Assembly: GCA_001783215.1 (NCBI GenBank)
Contig: MFRA01000005.1
Span: 146,824 to 210,823, forward strand
Length of the DNA stretch: 64,000 nucleotides
From: Candidatus Magasanikbacteria bacterium RIFOXYD1_FULL_40_23
GTDB taxonomy: Bacteria > Patescibacteriota > Patescibacteriia > Magasanikbacterales > GWA2-37-8
Reading direction: 5' to 3'
The position numbers and the translations under genes were made by a program. The notes beneath the pieces are model-generated. The model ran no database searches, was not told the DNA's origin, and worked only from the letters and a program-made list of their open reading frames with translations. Below, one piece after another: positions 54,988 through 63,380 of this stretch (position 1 is its first letter; each line of letters opens with the position of its first letter).

Positions 54988-55644
54988 ATGAAAAAAATCA
55001 TTATAATGATGGGGCCGCCTGGATCTGGTAAAGGTACTCAGGCCAAAAAAATCGCTACCAAATATAATTATGCTCATATTTCTAGCGGTGATTTGTTGCG
55101 AGCATTATCTTTGCAGTCCGAATTAAATGCGGTAGAAAAAGAAGCTTTGGAACAGATGAAAGCCGGTAATTTGGTTTCAGATGATCTTATTTACAAATTA
55201 GTTTTTGATAAAATAGAGAGTGAGCTTGCTTCTGGTAAAGGAGTAGTGCTAGATGGTGCTATTCGCAATTTGGACCAAGTAAAAGGTTTTGAAAGTTTTT
55301 TTGAGAAAAAAAACTTGGTGGAAGAAGTTTTGGTAATAGAAGTTGTTTTGAGTGATGAAGAATCTTTTAATAGACTTGCTTCTCGCAGAGTTTGTGACAA
55401 TTGCGGAGAGATTATTCCAGCCAAAGACAGTGCTTTAACAGAGTGTCCAAAATGTTCTGGTAAGCTGGTGGTGCGAGCAGATGACAATTCAGAAATAGTA
55501 AGGCAACGTATAGAAAAACAGGGGAACAAGGCAATGGCACCAATAATAGATTTTTATAAAAACTTGGGCGTGCTTGTAGCTGTAGATGGTAGTGCCTCAA
55601 TAGAAAATGTAGAAAAAAATATCGATAATATTTTAACAGCCTAG
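54988..55644 (+). CDS. adk: adenylate kinase (zinc-finger lid type)
   Basis: GPPGSGKGTQA, plus lid motif CDNCG...CPKCSG. Confidence 0.92.
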   Translation: MKKIIIMMGPPGSGKGTQAKKIATKYNYAHISSGDLLRALSLQSELNAVEKEALEQMKAGNLVSDDLIYKLVFDKIESELASGKGVVLDGAIRNLDQVKGFESFFEKKNLVEEVLVIEVVLSDEESFNRLASRRVCDNCGEIIPAKDSALTECPKCSGKLVVRADDNSEIVRQRIEKQGNKAMAPIIDFYKNLGVLVAVDGSASIENVEKNIDNILTA

Positions 55645-55647
55645 TGT

Positions 55648-56454
55648 ATGTTAATCAAAACTCCCGAAGAAATAAAATTAATTAAACAAGGTGGCAAGCT
55701 GATGGGTGAAATTTTAGAGCACTTGGCCAAAATGTGCAAACCAGGCACTGCTGTTTTGGATATAGATAAAATGGCGGAAGAAATGATTTTAGAAGCAGGT
55801 GGAATACCGGCCTTCAAGGGTTATAAAACACGGCTTACCGACACACCGTTTCCAGCCACTATTTGCGCATCTATAAACGAAGAGCTGGTGCACGGTATAC
55901 CCAAAAAAGGTGTAGTCTTAAAAGATGGAGATATCTTTACTATAGACATAGGTATGGAGTGGCCATACAAAGGCAAAGGCGCCGGCCAAGGATATTTTAC
56001 CGATACTGCCGTCACTATTCCAATTGGTAAAATTTCTCCAAAAAACAGAGAGTTGCTGCGTGTTACCCAAGAATCTTTGGAAGAGGGTATAAGAGCAGTT
56101 AAGCCTGGCAATACGGTAGCCGATATTGGCAAAGCTATAGAAGATTATATTAAGTCCCAGGGTAAATATGGAATTATTCGTGATTTGGTTGGCCACGGTG
56201 TGGGGCATGAAGTGCACGAAGATCCAAGAATACCAAATTATTACGATCGTAATTTAGACTATATTATCCTAAAAGAAGGTATGGTAATTGCCGTTGAGCC
56301 TATGGTTTCTTTGGGTGGCTGGAGAGTAAAAACTGCCAATGATGGATGGACAATACTTACATCTGACGGATCGTTAAGCGCTCACTTTGAACATACAATG
56401 GTTATTACAAAAAGTGGATGTACAGTGGTAACCAGAAGACCTGGTGAGAAATAA
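55648..56454 (+). CDS. map: type I methionine aminopeptidase
   Basis: Metal-ligand pattern D..D..H..E..E (FTIDIGME..., GHGVGHEVHE). Confidence 0.9.
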   Translation: MLIKTPEEIKLIKQGGKLMGEILEHLAKMCKPGTAVLDIDKMAEEMILEAGGIPAFKGYKTRLTDTPFPATICASINEELVHGIPKKGVVLKDGDIFTIDIGMEWPYKGKGAGQGYFTDTAVTIPIGKISPKNRELLRVTQESLEEGIRAVKPGNTVADIGKAIEDYIKSQGKYGIIRDLVGHGVGHEVHEDPRIPNYYDRNLDYIILKEGMVIAVEPMVSLGGWRVKTANDGWTILTSDGSLSAHFEHTMVITKSGCTVVTRRPGEK

Positions 56455-56464
56455 GCGCCAAGGC

Positions 56465-56533
56465 GCTTGAAATTACGTCGGGCTTCAAAAAAGAAAATTC
56501 ATTTTCTTTTTATTCAGCCCTAGTAATTATAGA
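56465..56533 (+). promoter_or_regulatory. R1 leader element upstream of ruvX
   Basis: gcttgaaattacgtcgggcttcaaaaaagaaaattcattttctttttattcagccctagtaattataga. Confidence 0.55.
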
Positions 56534-56540
56534 CTTCTTT

Positions 56541-56939
56541 ATGATTTTACTTGCAATAGATTTTGGCACAAAGAATATTGGTTTAGCCAAAGCCTCTACA
56601 GAGGTAGATGTGGTCTTGCCTTTTGGTGTTATAAGCAATGTTGATAAAAACCAGGCAGAGCAAGAGTTGGTAAAACTTATCAAAGATCAGCGTGTAGATA
56701 AAATTATAGTTGGTTTGCCGTTTGGTTTAGATGGAAAAGAAAACAATAATACAATTAGAATAAGAGAATTTGTTGAAAGACTAAAAAAAGAAGTTGATGT
56801 TTCTTTTGAATTTATAACCGAAGTGTTTTCTTCTCAGGCCGGTGATCGAATGGGTGTAGGTGTAAGCCGGGATGAAAAATCTGCCATGGTAATTTTACAA
56901 AGCTATTTGGAGAAAACCGCCTTGGGCGGGAAACAATAA
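56541..56939 (+). CDS. ruvX: Holliday-junction resolvase-like protein YqgF/RuvX
   Basis: ILLAIDFGTKNIGLA ... VGLPFGLDG ... SAMVILQSYL. Confidence 0.8.
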   Translation: MILLAIDFGTKNIGLAKASTEVDVVLPFGVISNVDKNQAEQELVKLIKDQRVDKIIVGLPFGLDGKENNNTIRIREFVERLKKEVDVSFEFITEVFSSQAGDRMGVGVSRDEKSAMVILQSYLEKTALGGKQ

Positions 56940-56948
56940 ATTCAAACT

Positions 56949-57554
56949 ATGTTTGCAATAGTATTGTCCAGGAACAATACACGTGAGTTTGATCAGATGG
57001 TATCTTTGTATACGCGTGAGCAGGGCAAAGTAGAAGTGCTGGCCAAAGGGATTAAGAAAATTGTCAGCAAGAATTCTGCCAACTTAAAAGTTTTTTCTTT
57101 GGTGGATGTAGAAGTTGCTAAAGGAAAAGGCGTAGACCATTTGACCAAGGTGCAATCAATAAATATCTTTAGAAATATTTATAATGATTTTGATAAAATT
57201 TTTGTAGCTGGTTATATTATAAAAATAGCGGACAATAGTATTTTGGTAGGGGAGAAAGATGAAAGAATTTTTGATTTGTTACTTAGTTTTTTGGAGTTTT
57301 TAAACTCTGCCGTATCGGTTAATTCTTTTGTTCTGGTAACAGGCTTTGTCTTCAAACTATGGCACTGTCTGGGTTTTGGCGATTCGGAAAATAAATACAG
57401 TGTGTGGCTAGAGAGTAGTTGGGCAGATATAAATAATTTAAAATTAACAAAACAGGAAGCGTTAAACGCCTACGAAGCTGCCAGAAATTTTGCTCAACAT
57501 CATGCCGGTGTAAAACTTGCGGAATTCATAGAAAGTGATAGGATTATGGTATAA
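56949..57554 (+). CDS. recO: DNA repair protein RecO (short form)
   Basis: N-terminal OB-fold pattern AIVLSRNNTREFDQMVSLYTREQGKVEVLAKGIKK. 201 aa. Confidence 0.6.
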   Translation: MFAIVLSRNNTREFDQMVSLYTREQGKVEVLAKGIKKIVSKNSANLKVFSLVDVEVAKGKGVDHLTKVQSINIFRNIYNDFDKIFVAGYIIKIADNSILVGEKDERIFDLLLSFLEFLNSAVSVNSFVLVTGFVFKLWHCLGFGDSENKYSVWLESSWADINNLKLTKQEALNAYEAARNFAQHHAGVKLAEFIESDRIMV

Positions 57555-57566
57555 ATTGATTATTAT

Positions 57567-58859
57567 ATGCAAACTTTTATCAAAAATTTAGCATCTCTGG
57601 TAGATCAGGAAGTAGAGATTAAAGCTTGGTTATATAACAAACGTTCCTCTGGGCCGATTGCCTTTTTGGAATTGCGAGACGGTACCGGTTGGGTGCAAGC
57701 TGTGGCAGCAAAGTCCGATTTGAGCGCTACTGTGTGGGAAGACGTAGAAAAAGCTACTCAAGAATCATCTGTGGTAATTTTGGGTAAAGTAGCTAAACAC
57801 CCAAAAAAAGAAAATGTTTTTGAGTTGCAAGTTAAAGATTTTAAAATTATTCAATTGGCTCAAGAGTACCCAATTGCTCACAAAGAACATGGCCCAGATT
57901 TTCTAATGGAGAATCGGCACTTGTGGTTGCGTAGTAAAAAGCAATGGGCGATATTGCGTGTACGTGATTCTATTATTACTGCTATCGGTGAATATCTACA
58001 CAAAGAACTTTTTATAAAAGTAGATTCACCAGTATTTACGCCAAATGCCTGTGAAGGTACAACCACGCTTTTCCCAGTGCCATATTTTGATTTGGGCACA
58101 GCGTACTTATCTCAATCTGGTCAGCTGTATATAGAAGCAGCCATCGCTTCCGTTGGTCGTTGTTATGATTTTGGGCCAGTGTTTCGTGCCGAAAAAAGTA
58201 AAACAAAAAGACATCTAACAGAGTTTTGGATGATGGATGCCGAAGCTGCTTTTGTAGAGCATGAAGAAAATTTAAAAATCCAAGAAGGATTGGTGCGATA
58301 TATAATTCGCTACTGTTTAAATAACTGCCAAGAAGAATTGAGAATTTTGGAACGCAATACGGAGCCATTAGAAAAAGCCGACAATCCATTTACTCGTTAT
58401 ACTTATGATGAAGCAATAAAGAAATTAAACGAGCTTGGGTCAGACATAAAATATGGTGAAGATTTAGGAAATGATGATGAGGGAATACTAACCAAAGATT
58501 CTGAAGTGCCAGTATTTATAGAAAAATGGCCAAAAAGCATAAAGCCGTTTTATATGAAACGAGATTCTGTTAATCCGGATTTGGTTTTAAATGATGATTT
58601 AATTGCGATAGAAGGTGCGGGAGAGATAATCGGTGGGAGTCAGCGTGAAGATGATTATGATTTGCTACTATCTAGAATAAAAGCGGAAGGTTTAAATATA
58701 GAAGATTACCAATGGTATTTAGATTTGCGAAAATATGGAAGTGTGCCCCATGCTGGATTTGGTATTGGTTTAGAACGTATGGTTCGTTGGGTTACTGGTG
58801 TAGAGCATATTCGTGAATGTATTCCATTTCCTAGGACGATTGGAAGATTAAAGCCATAA
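57567..58859 (+). CDS. asnS: asparaginyl-tRNA synthetase (class IIb)
   Basis: FRAEKSKTKRHLTEFWMMDAE (AsnRS-type EFWM motif), GGSQRE, and the class II motif 3 GFGIGLERMV. Confidence 0.75.
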   Translation: MQTFIKNLASLVDQEVEIKAWLYNKRSSGPIAFLELRDGTGWVQAVAAKSDLSATVWEDVEKATQESSVVILGKVAKHPKKENVFELQVKDFKIIQLAQEYPIAHKEHGPDFLMENRHLWLRSKKQWAILRVRDSIITAIGEYLHKELFIKVDSPVFTPNACEGTTTLFPVPYFDLGTAYLSQSGQLYIEAAIASVGRCYDFGPVFRAEKSKTKRHLTEFWMMDAEAAFVEHEENLKIQEGLVRYIIRYCLNNCQEELRILERNTEPLEKADNPFTRYTYDEAIKKLNELGSDIKYGEDLGNDDEGILTKDSEVPVFIEKWPKSIKPFYMKRDSVNPDLVLNDDLIAIEGAGEIIGGSQREDDYDLLLSRIKAEGLNIEDYQWYLDLRKYGSVPHAGFGIGLERMVRWVTGVEHIRECIPFPRTIGRLKP

Positions 58860-58877
58860 ACAAAATAAACACAGGTT

Positions 58878-58903
58878 AAAAACCGCCAACTGGCGGTTTT
58901 TTG
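58878..58903 (+). terminator. rho-independent terminator
   Basis: aaaaccgccaactggcggttttttg. Confidence 0.75.
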
Positions 58904-59056
58904 TTTATTCTTAGCCAAATTTTGACTTGTAAACATTGACAAAATGGCAAAAATATGATAATAATATGCGCAGATAACCCTCCGCTTTGGAGGGCTCTTT
59001 GACAATGTGTGGCGGTTAGATTCGCTACACATAAGACACAGTCGGGGGAAACGTCA

Positions 59057-60331
59057 ATGGCTTTCGAACAGAAACAGGCAACAGGAAGTGGTGCTTTGGA
59101 TAATAGCGCGGAAGGTGCCAGCTATCGGGCTGGTGCTGGTGGGCAGAAAGGCAATGGTGCTGCTGCCGGGAAGGTTCCGGCGACCTCCAAGCTTAGGGTC
59201 AAGCCTAAGCAGGCTGCTGAACCCGAAGAGATCGTTATGACCGGCCACCCCTTGCTCGACAAGGGGCTTGCCTGTGATGATCGAGAGGGCAAGGCGCCTG
59301 AATGTCCGCTTGATGAGCGGGACGCCAAACGTCTTGAAGATATGGTTGAGCGTGCGGGCACGGCCTATTGTATGGCCATGATCATGGCGCTCGGCAATCT
59401 CTATCTCGAGTTCAAGACCAAGCATCACAAGACTTGGGGTCCGTGGCATGAGATTTTCTTTCTCGTTGTAACCACAGCGGCCTTCGGTCCGCTTGGTGCG
59501 CTTGGTGCCTCGGTAGGAGCTCGTGCAGCTGTGGGGCTCGCGATGCGTGGTGCCACAAGGGCAGCATGGACAGCAGCCAGCATTGATGCATCGAAGCTCA
59601 TTGGCGTTTTCACTACGATGTCGAAGGGTGTGCGTAGCTCCCTTGCCCATCGTAGCGTTGATATGCCGACCGACGAGATTGAGTTCATCAAGTACATGCA
59701 GGACCAGGTGCCGGGCTTCGTCGAGAATCTCATGCAAGGCATTGCTGAGCATGAACTTGATCAGCTCGAGATGCTCGAAGTGGTCGCCCGGCTACAAGAT
59801 CCGGACATTTCCGGACGGGCTGCTATTGAGCACCGTGGCCGTACGTTGTTGGCACAGTTCGGCGAGAACCGCATCGGTTCGATTGGGAATGTTATGGACC
59901 TTGGTGGAGGTTACGAAGTAGCTACTCCAGTACGCGTTCGTCTTCGCAAGAAGGAATTAATGGTTCTATGTGAAAGCCTTGGTGTTCACCATTCGGCCCT
60001 TGCGCTTAATGGTGCCAACCTGGACCTGGAACCAGGTGTTTCTAAGATGACGATGGAGAGCCTAGTCTACGTCAAGATGATTGAACCGGCTTTTCATGAG
60101 CTGGTTACCGCTGAGTACAGTGGTAAGCGGAAAGAGGAAGTTCCGTTCATCAACTTCGATGATTGCGCCGAGCGAAAGAAACATCGTTGGTTCAAAGATA
60201 TGTACCACGATATGAAGCGGCGCGAACGGCTTGAAAAATATATCGACGATATGCACAACATTGGCGGGCTGCCTGCCAATGACATGGACGACGAAAACAA
60301 TGGTGACATGGTCGCCGAAGCGGGAGAGTGA
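59057..60331 (+). CDS. hypothetical protein (GC-rich, ~55% GC; internal Gly/Ala-rich hydrophobic segment)
   Basis: 425-aa ORF. SD gggggaaacgtcaATG. Preceded by a TTGACA...TAATAAT promoter (~58938-58966) and the hairpin ccctccgctttggaggg. Confidence 0.5.
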   Translation: MAFEQKQATGSGALDNSAEGASYRAGAGGQKGNGAAAGKVPATSKLRVKPKQAAEPEEIVMTGHPLLDKGLACDDREGKAPECPLDERDAKRLEDMVERAGTAYCMAMIMALGNLYLEFKTKHHKTWGPWHEIFFLVVTTAAFGPLGALGASVGARAAVGLAMRGATRAAWTAASIDASKLIGVFTTMSKGVRSSLAHRSVDMPTDEIEFIKYMQDQVPGFVENLMQGIAEHELDQLEMLEVVARLQDPDISGRAAIEHRGRTLLAQFGENRIGSIGNVMDLGGGYEVATPVRVRLRKKELMVLCESLGVHHSALALNGANLDLEPGVSKMTMESLVYVKMIEPAFHELVTAEYSGKRKEEVPFINFDDCAERKKHRWFKDMYHDMKRRERLEKYIDDMHNIGGLPANDMDDENNGDMVAEAGE

Positions 60332-60756
60332 ATACAGTGAGGAATGCAATTTTCGTCATCATCTTTACTGGTCTGATCGGCTTTCTGGGGCTCACTTCCA
60401 AGAGGCAGTACGATAAGATTAACACACTTACTTCACAGGTCTCCAAACACAAGGAGGTTCGCGAGAAGATGTGCAATCGCATCCTGTCTATTTCTGAAGA
60501 AATGGCTCAGGTGACCCTTCAGACGCCGCTCAACATCGAGGATAGTCAACGGCTGCGCACAGACTTGCTAGCAGTTGGGGCCTATGCCGAAGGATGTGTT
60601 GATCTGCCTAGTATCACCAAGAAAGCAATGGAGGGTTGTCAGAACGGAAGTGTTGACGACAGTCTTCTCAAAGAAGGTGTTTGGGCGCTCGACGAAGAGT
60701 TGAGCGTTGCCAAGAAGAATGGGTGGAAACTATATGAGCAGAAGCCCAAGTTGTAG
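60328..60756 (+). CDS. hypothetical membrane-anchored protein (GC-rich), translationally coupled to the upstream ORF
   Basis: The GTG start overlaps the upstream TGA (GTGA). N-terminal TM helix AIFVIIFTGLIGFLGL. 142 aa. Confidence 0.45.
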   Translation: MNTVRNAIFVIIFTGLIGFLGLTSKRQYDKINTLTSQVSKHKEVREKMCNRILSISEEMAQVTLQTPLNIEDSQRLRTDLLAVGAYAEGCVDLPSITKKAMEGCQNGSVDDSLLKEGVWALDEELSVAKKNGWKLYEQKPKL

Positions 60757-60814
60757 CTGAAAGTAGTAAGAGTCATCTAAACGGAGAAGTCCGTGCAGAT
60801 GCTATAAGCAGTTC

Positions 60815-60848
60815 ACCAGGCACACCGTGCCTGGTTATTTGTTTTTAT
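60815..60848 (+). terminator. rho-independent terminator
   Basis: ccaggcacaccgtgcctggttatttgttttt. Confidence 0.7.
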
Positions 60849-60917
60849 AGGTAAGATTGACCTTGCTAGATAATTTGCTATAAACAAAATTGCCACAAAG
60901 AGTAGCATTTAACAGGG

Positions 60918-60946
60918 TTGACAAAGTGTCTTATCTAAAATATACT
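60918..60946 (+). promoter_or_regulatory. consensus sigma70 promoter of the tRNA-Leu gene
   Basis: TTGACA, a 17-nt spacer, then TATACT. The tRNA 5' end lies ~14 nt downstream. Confidence 0.6.
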
Positions 60947-60959
60947 GTTTTACAGATAG

Positions 60960-61041
60960 GCCGAAGTGGCGGAATTGGTAGACGCACACGACTCAAAATC
61001 GTGCGGAGAAATCCATGAGAGTTCGATTCTCTCCTTCGGCA
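60960..61041 (+). tRNA. tRNA-Leu (anticodon CAA), type II with a long variable arm
   Basis: GCCGAAGTGGCGGAATTGGTAGACGCACACGACTCAAAATCGTGCGGAGAAATCCATGAGAGTTCGATTCTCTCCTTCGGCA. Anticodon loop ACTCAAAAT. Confidence 0.85.
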
Positions 61042-61050
61042 CAATATTAT

Positions 61051-61105
61051 TATTTCATGGCAATATTAACAAGAGAATGCCTTTCTTTTTAATATTGCCA
61101 TGAAA
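61051..61105. repeat. perfect 17-bp inverted repeat (large hairpin) between the tRNA-Leu gene and the next ORF
   Basis: atttcatggcaatattaa...(19 nt)...ttaatattgccatgaaat. Confidence 0.6.
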
Positions 61106-61127
61106 TTGAAAACAGGAGGCAAGTCAA

Positions 61128-61385
61128 ATGATGAGAATCAGGGTTAGAGGAGAAGTCTATAATGGGAGAACGGCTGTAGAGCTGGTTTCCCATATGCGTT
61201 CCGACTTTAATGCGTTTGCGAGAAAGCCAGCAAGCTCCAATGCGGCTTATATGGATCGTAGGATTCAGTGGTTTAAGGCTCATTCTAACGTAGAAGTGGT
61301 GCGTGACGGAACGACAGAAGAAGATCAGTGTCTTTCGTTTATTCGTTCTATGGTCAACGGCGGGTTGGCAGAGGAGATCACGTGA
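61128..61385 (+). CDS. hypothetical protein
   Basis: 85-aa ORF with a strong SD (acaggaggcaagtcaaATG). Confidence 0.45.
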   Translation: MMRIRVRGEVYNGRTAVELVSHMRSDFNAFARKPASSNAAYMDRRIQWFKAHSNVEVVRDGTTEEDQCLSFIRSMVNGGLAEEIT

Positions 61386-61445
61386 CTAAGATTGGCGGCG
61401 AGATAACATCAAGCCGTTTTTTTATTAGTGTCCGTAATGAAATAG

Positions 61446-61495
61446 AGGCCCGCCCAGGCACCTTTTGTTATAAACAGAAGGTCGGGCTTATTTTT
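61446..61495 (-). terminator. R4 element copy 2, in reverse orientation relative to copy 1
   Basis: The reverse complement, aagcccgaccttctgtttataacaaaaggtgcctgggcgggcct, shares its flanks (aagcccgacc ... ctgggcgggc) with 42202-42248. Confidence 0.4.
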
Positions 61496-61513
61496 AATTT
61501 ATGTGTTATAATA

Positions 61514-61550
61514 TTCTAAGATTTAGAATTTCTAAATATTTAGAAGCAAA
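61514..61550. promoter_or_regulatory. two adjacent inverted repeats upstream of parA (candidate operator)
   Basis: attctaaGATttagaat and tttctaaaTAtttagaa. Confidence 0.35.
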
Positions 61551-61621
61551 GCTTTGCAATTCCGTCAGGTCTCACAAATAAGAAAAATACATTTTTCTTA
61601 TTTGATTTAACCTTAGCAATT
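61551..61621 (+). promoter_or_regulatory. R1 leader element (divergent copy) upstream of parA
   Basis: gctttgcaattccgtcaggtctcacaaataagaaaaatacatttttcttatttgatttaaccttagcaattGTG. The paired boxes covary (AGGT/ACCT). Confidence 0.5.
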
Positions 61622-62395
61622 GTGGCCGAAATAATCGCAGTAGTGAACCAAAAAGGCGGGGTAGGCAAAACCACCACCGCTGTAAATTTAGCCGCTGCAT
61701 TGGCAGAGAGCGGTAAGTTTGTGTTGCTGGTAGATCTGGACCCTCAGGGTAATGCTACTTCTGGGTTGGGTATAAAATACCAAGAATTAGAAAGTGGCTT
61801 ATATCACAGTCTTTCCGGTCAAGCACGTTTGCACGATGTAGTTCACAATACTGCCCATGCTGGTTTGCGTGTAGCGCCAGCCACTCCAGATTTGGCAGGT
61901 GCAAATGTAGAGTTAGTAAATGTAGAGGGGAGAGAAACAAAATTAGCCGAGGTTTTATCCGAAGTATCTCATGCCTATGATTATATTATCATTGATTGCC
62001 CGCCTTCACTTGGGATACTTACAATAAATGGTCTAATTGCCGCCGATCATATTTTGATTCCGGTTCAAGCAGAATATTATGCTTTAGAAGGGTTGGGGCA
62101 ATTGCTAAAAACTATAGAACTTATACGTAGTAATCTAAAACCGGAATTAAAAGTTTTGGGCGCCGTGCTTACTATGTACGATTCGCGCAACAGTCTATCC
62201 GAAGAAGTGATGAATGATCTTTATAAATTTTTTCCAGACAATATTTTTCGTTCTGTTATTCCTCGCACTGTGCGATTGGCCGAAGCTCCTAGTTTTGGAC
62301 AGAGTATTTTTCATTACGACCCAAGTGGTAAAGCTGCCAAGGCTTATGAAAGATTGGGCAGAGAGTTTTTGGAGAGATTTGAAGAAAAATCATAA
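61622..62395 (+). CDS. parA: chromosome partitioning ATPase ParA/Soj (GTG start)
   Basis: Deviant Walker A NQKGGVGKTTTAVNLAAALA. Confidence 0.9.
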   Translation: MAEIIAVVNQKGGVGKTTTAVNLAAALAESGKFVLLVDLDPQGNATSGLGIKYQELESGLYHSLSGQARLHDVVHNTAHAGLRVAPATPDLAGANVELVNVEGRETKLAEVLSEVSHAYDYIIIDCPPSLGILTINGLIAADHILIPVQAEYYALEGLGQLLKTIELIRSNLKPELKVLGAVLTMYDSRNSLSEEVMNDLYKFFPDNIFRSVIPRTVRLAEAPSFGQSIFHYDPSGKAAKAYERLGREFLERFEEKS

Positions 62396-62459
62396 TTCAC
62401 AATACACGCAACATGATTCATAAGTGGATTGTGCTGTGTGCATCATGTATCATGTTAGT

Positions 62460-63305
62460 ATGGCTTTAGGTAAAGGATTAAGCGCTCTAATATCCGGCGC
62501 GCCAAAACAAAAAATAGATTCTGTCCCTGGTGTAGATAATCAGGATAGAGTTTGGCATATTCCTGTGACTGCTATTACTCCGGGTGCAAATCAACCTCGT
62601 AAAAATTTTAACCAAGCCGAATTAGATGATTTGGCTTCTTCTATAAAAGAGCATGGTGTTTTGCAGCCAATAATTGTGACCGAACGGGTAGATGGTGGTT
62701 ACGAACTAATTGCTGGAGAAAGGCGTTGGCGCGCTGCACAACAGGTTGGTTTGGCTACTGTGCCAGCCTTAATTAAAAAATTAGTTGACCGACAAAAATT
62801 AGAAGTAGCGGTGATTGAAAACATTCAAAGAGAAAATTTAACACCAATAGAAGAGGCTTTTGCTTACCAAAGGTTAATGGAAGATTTTTCTCTTACTCAG
62901 CAAGAAGTAGCCGATAAAGTTGGAAAAAGCAGGCCGGCAGTAGCCAATTTTATTCGCCTCCTTGGTTTGCCAGAAGAAGTAAAAGCAGCTCTAAATGACA
63001 AGAGAATAAATATGAGTCAGGCGCGAGCGTTGCTATCTTTGGAAGATAAAGCCAAACAGCTAGACATGCTTTCGTCTATGCTTGGGCAGCGTATTACGGT
63101 GCGAGAACTAGAAAGAAATGTGGGGAAGCAGACAAATAAAAAAAGTCATCGCGATCCAAATTTAGCTTATTTGGAAGATAAGCTTCGTACGGCTTTGGGC
63201 ACCAAAGTAACTATGACAAAGAAAGGAGAGAGAGGTACTGTAGTAATAGATTTCTATTCTCAAGAAGAATTAACTCGTATAATCAAAAAAATAGTTCCTA
63301 ATTAG
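62460..63305 (+). CDS. parB: chromosome partitioning protein ParB/Spo0J
   Basis: MALGKGLSALI... and the ParB box GERRWRAAQQVGLATVPALI. Confidence 0.88.
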   Translation: MALGKGLSALISGAPKQKIDSVPGVDNQDRVWHIPVTAITPGANQPRKNFNQAELDDLASSIKEHGVLQPIIVTERVDGGYELIAGERRWRAAQQVGLATVPALIKKLVDRQKLEVAVIENIQRENLTPIEEAFAYQRLMEDFSLTQQEVADKVGKSRPAVANFIRLLGLPEEVKAALNDKRINMSQARALLSLEDKAKQLDMLSSMLGQRITVRELERNVGKQTNKKSHRDPNLAYLEDKLRTALGTKVTMTKKGERGTVVIDFYSQEELTRIIKKIVPN

Positions 63306-63380
63306 GAACTATTTTTTTGATTCAGCGGAATATGTGATTTACCGAAATCATGCAGGGTAACGTCCATTGAAACGCGGCGC

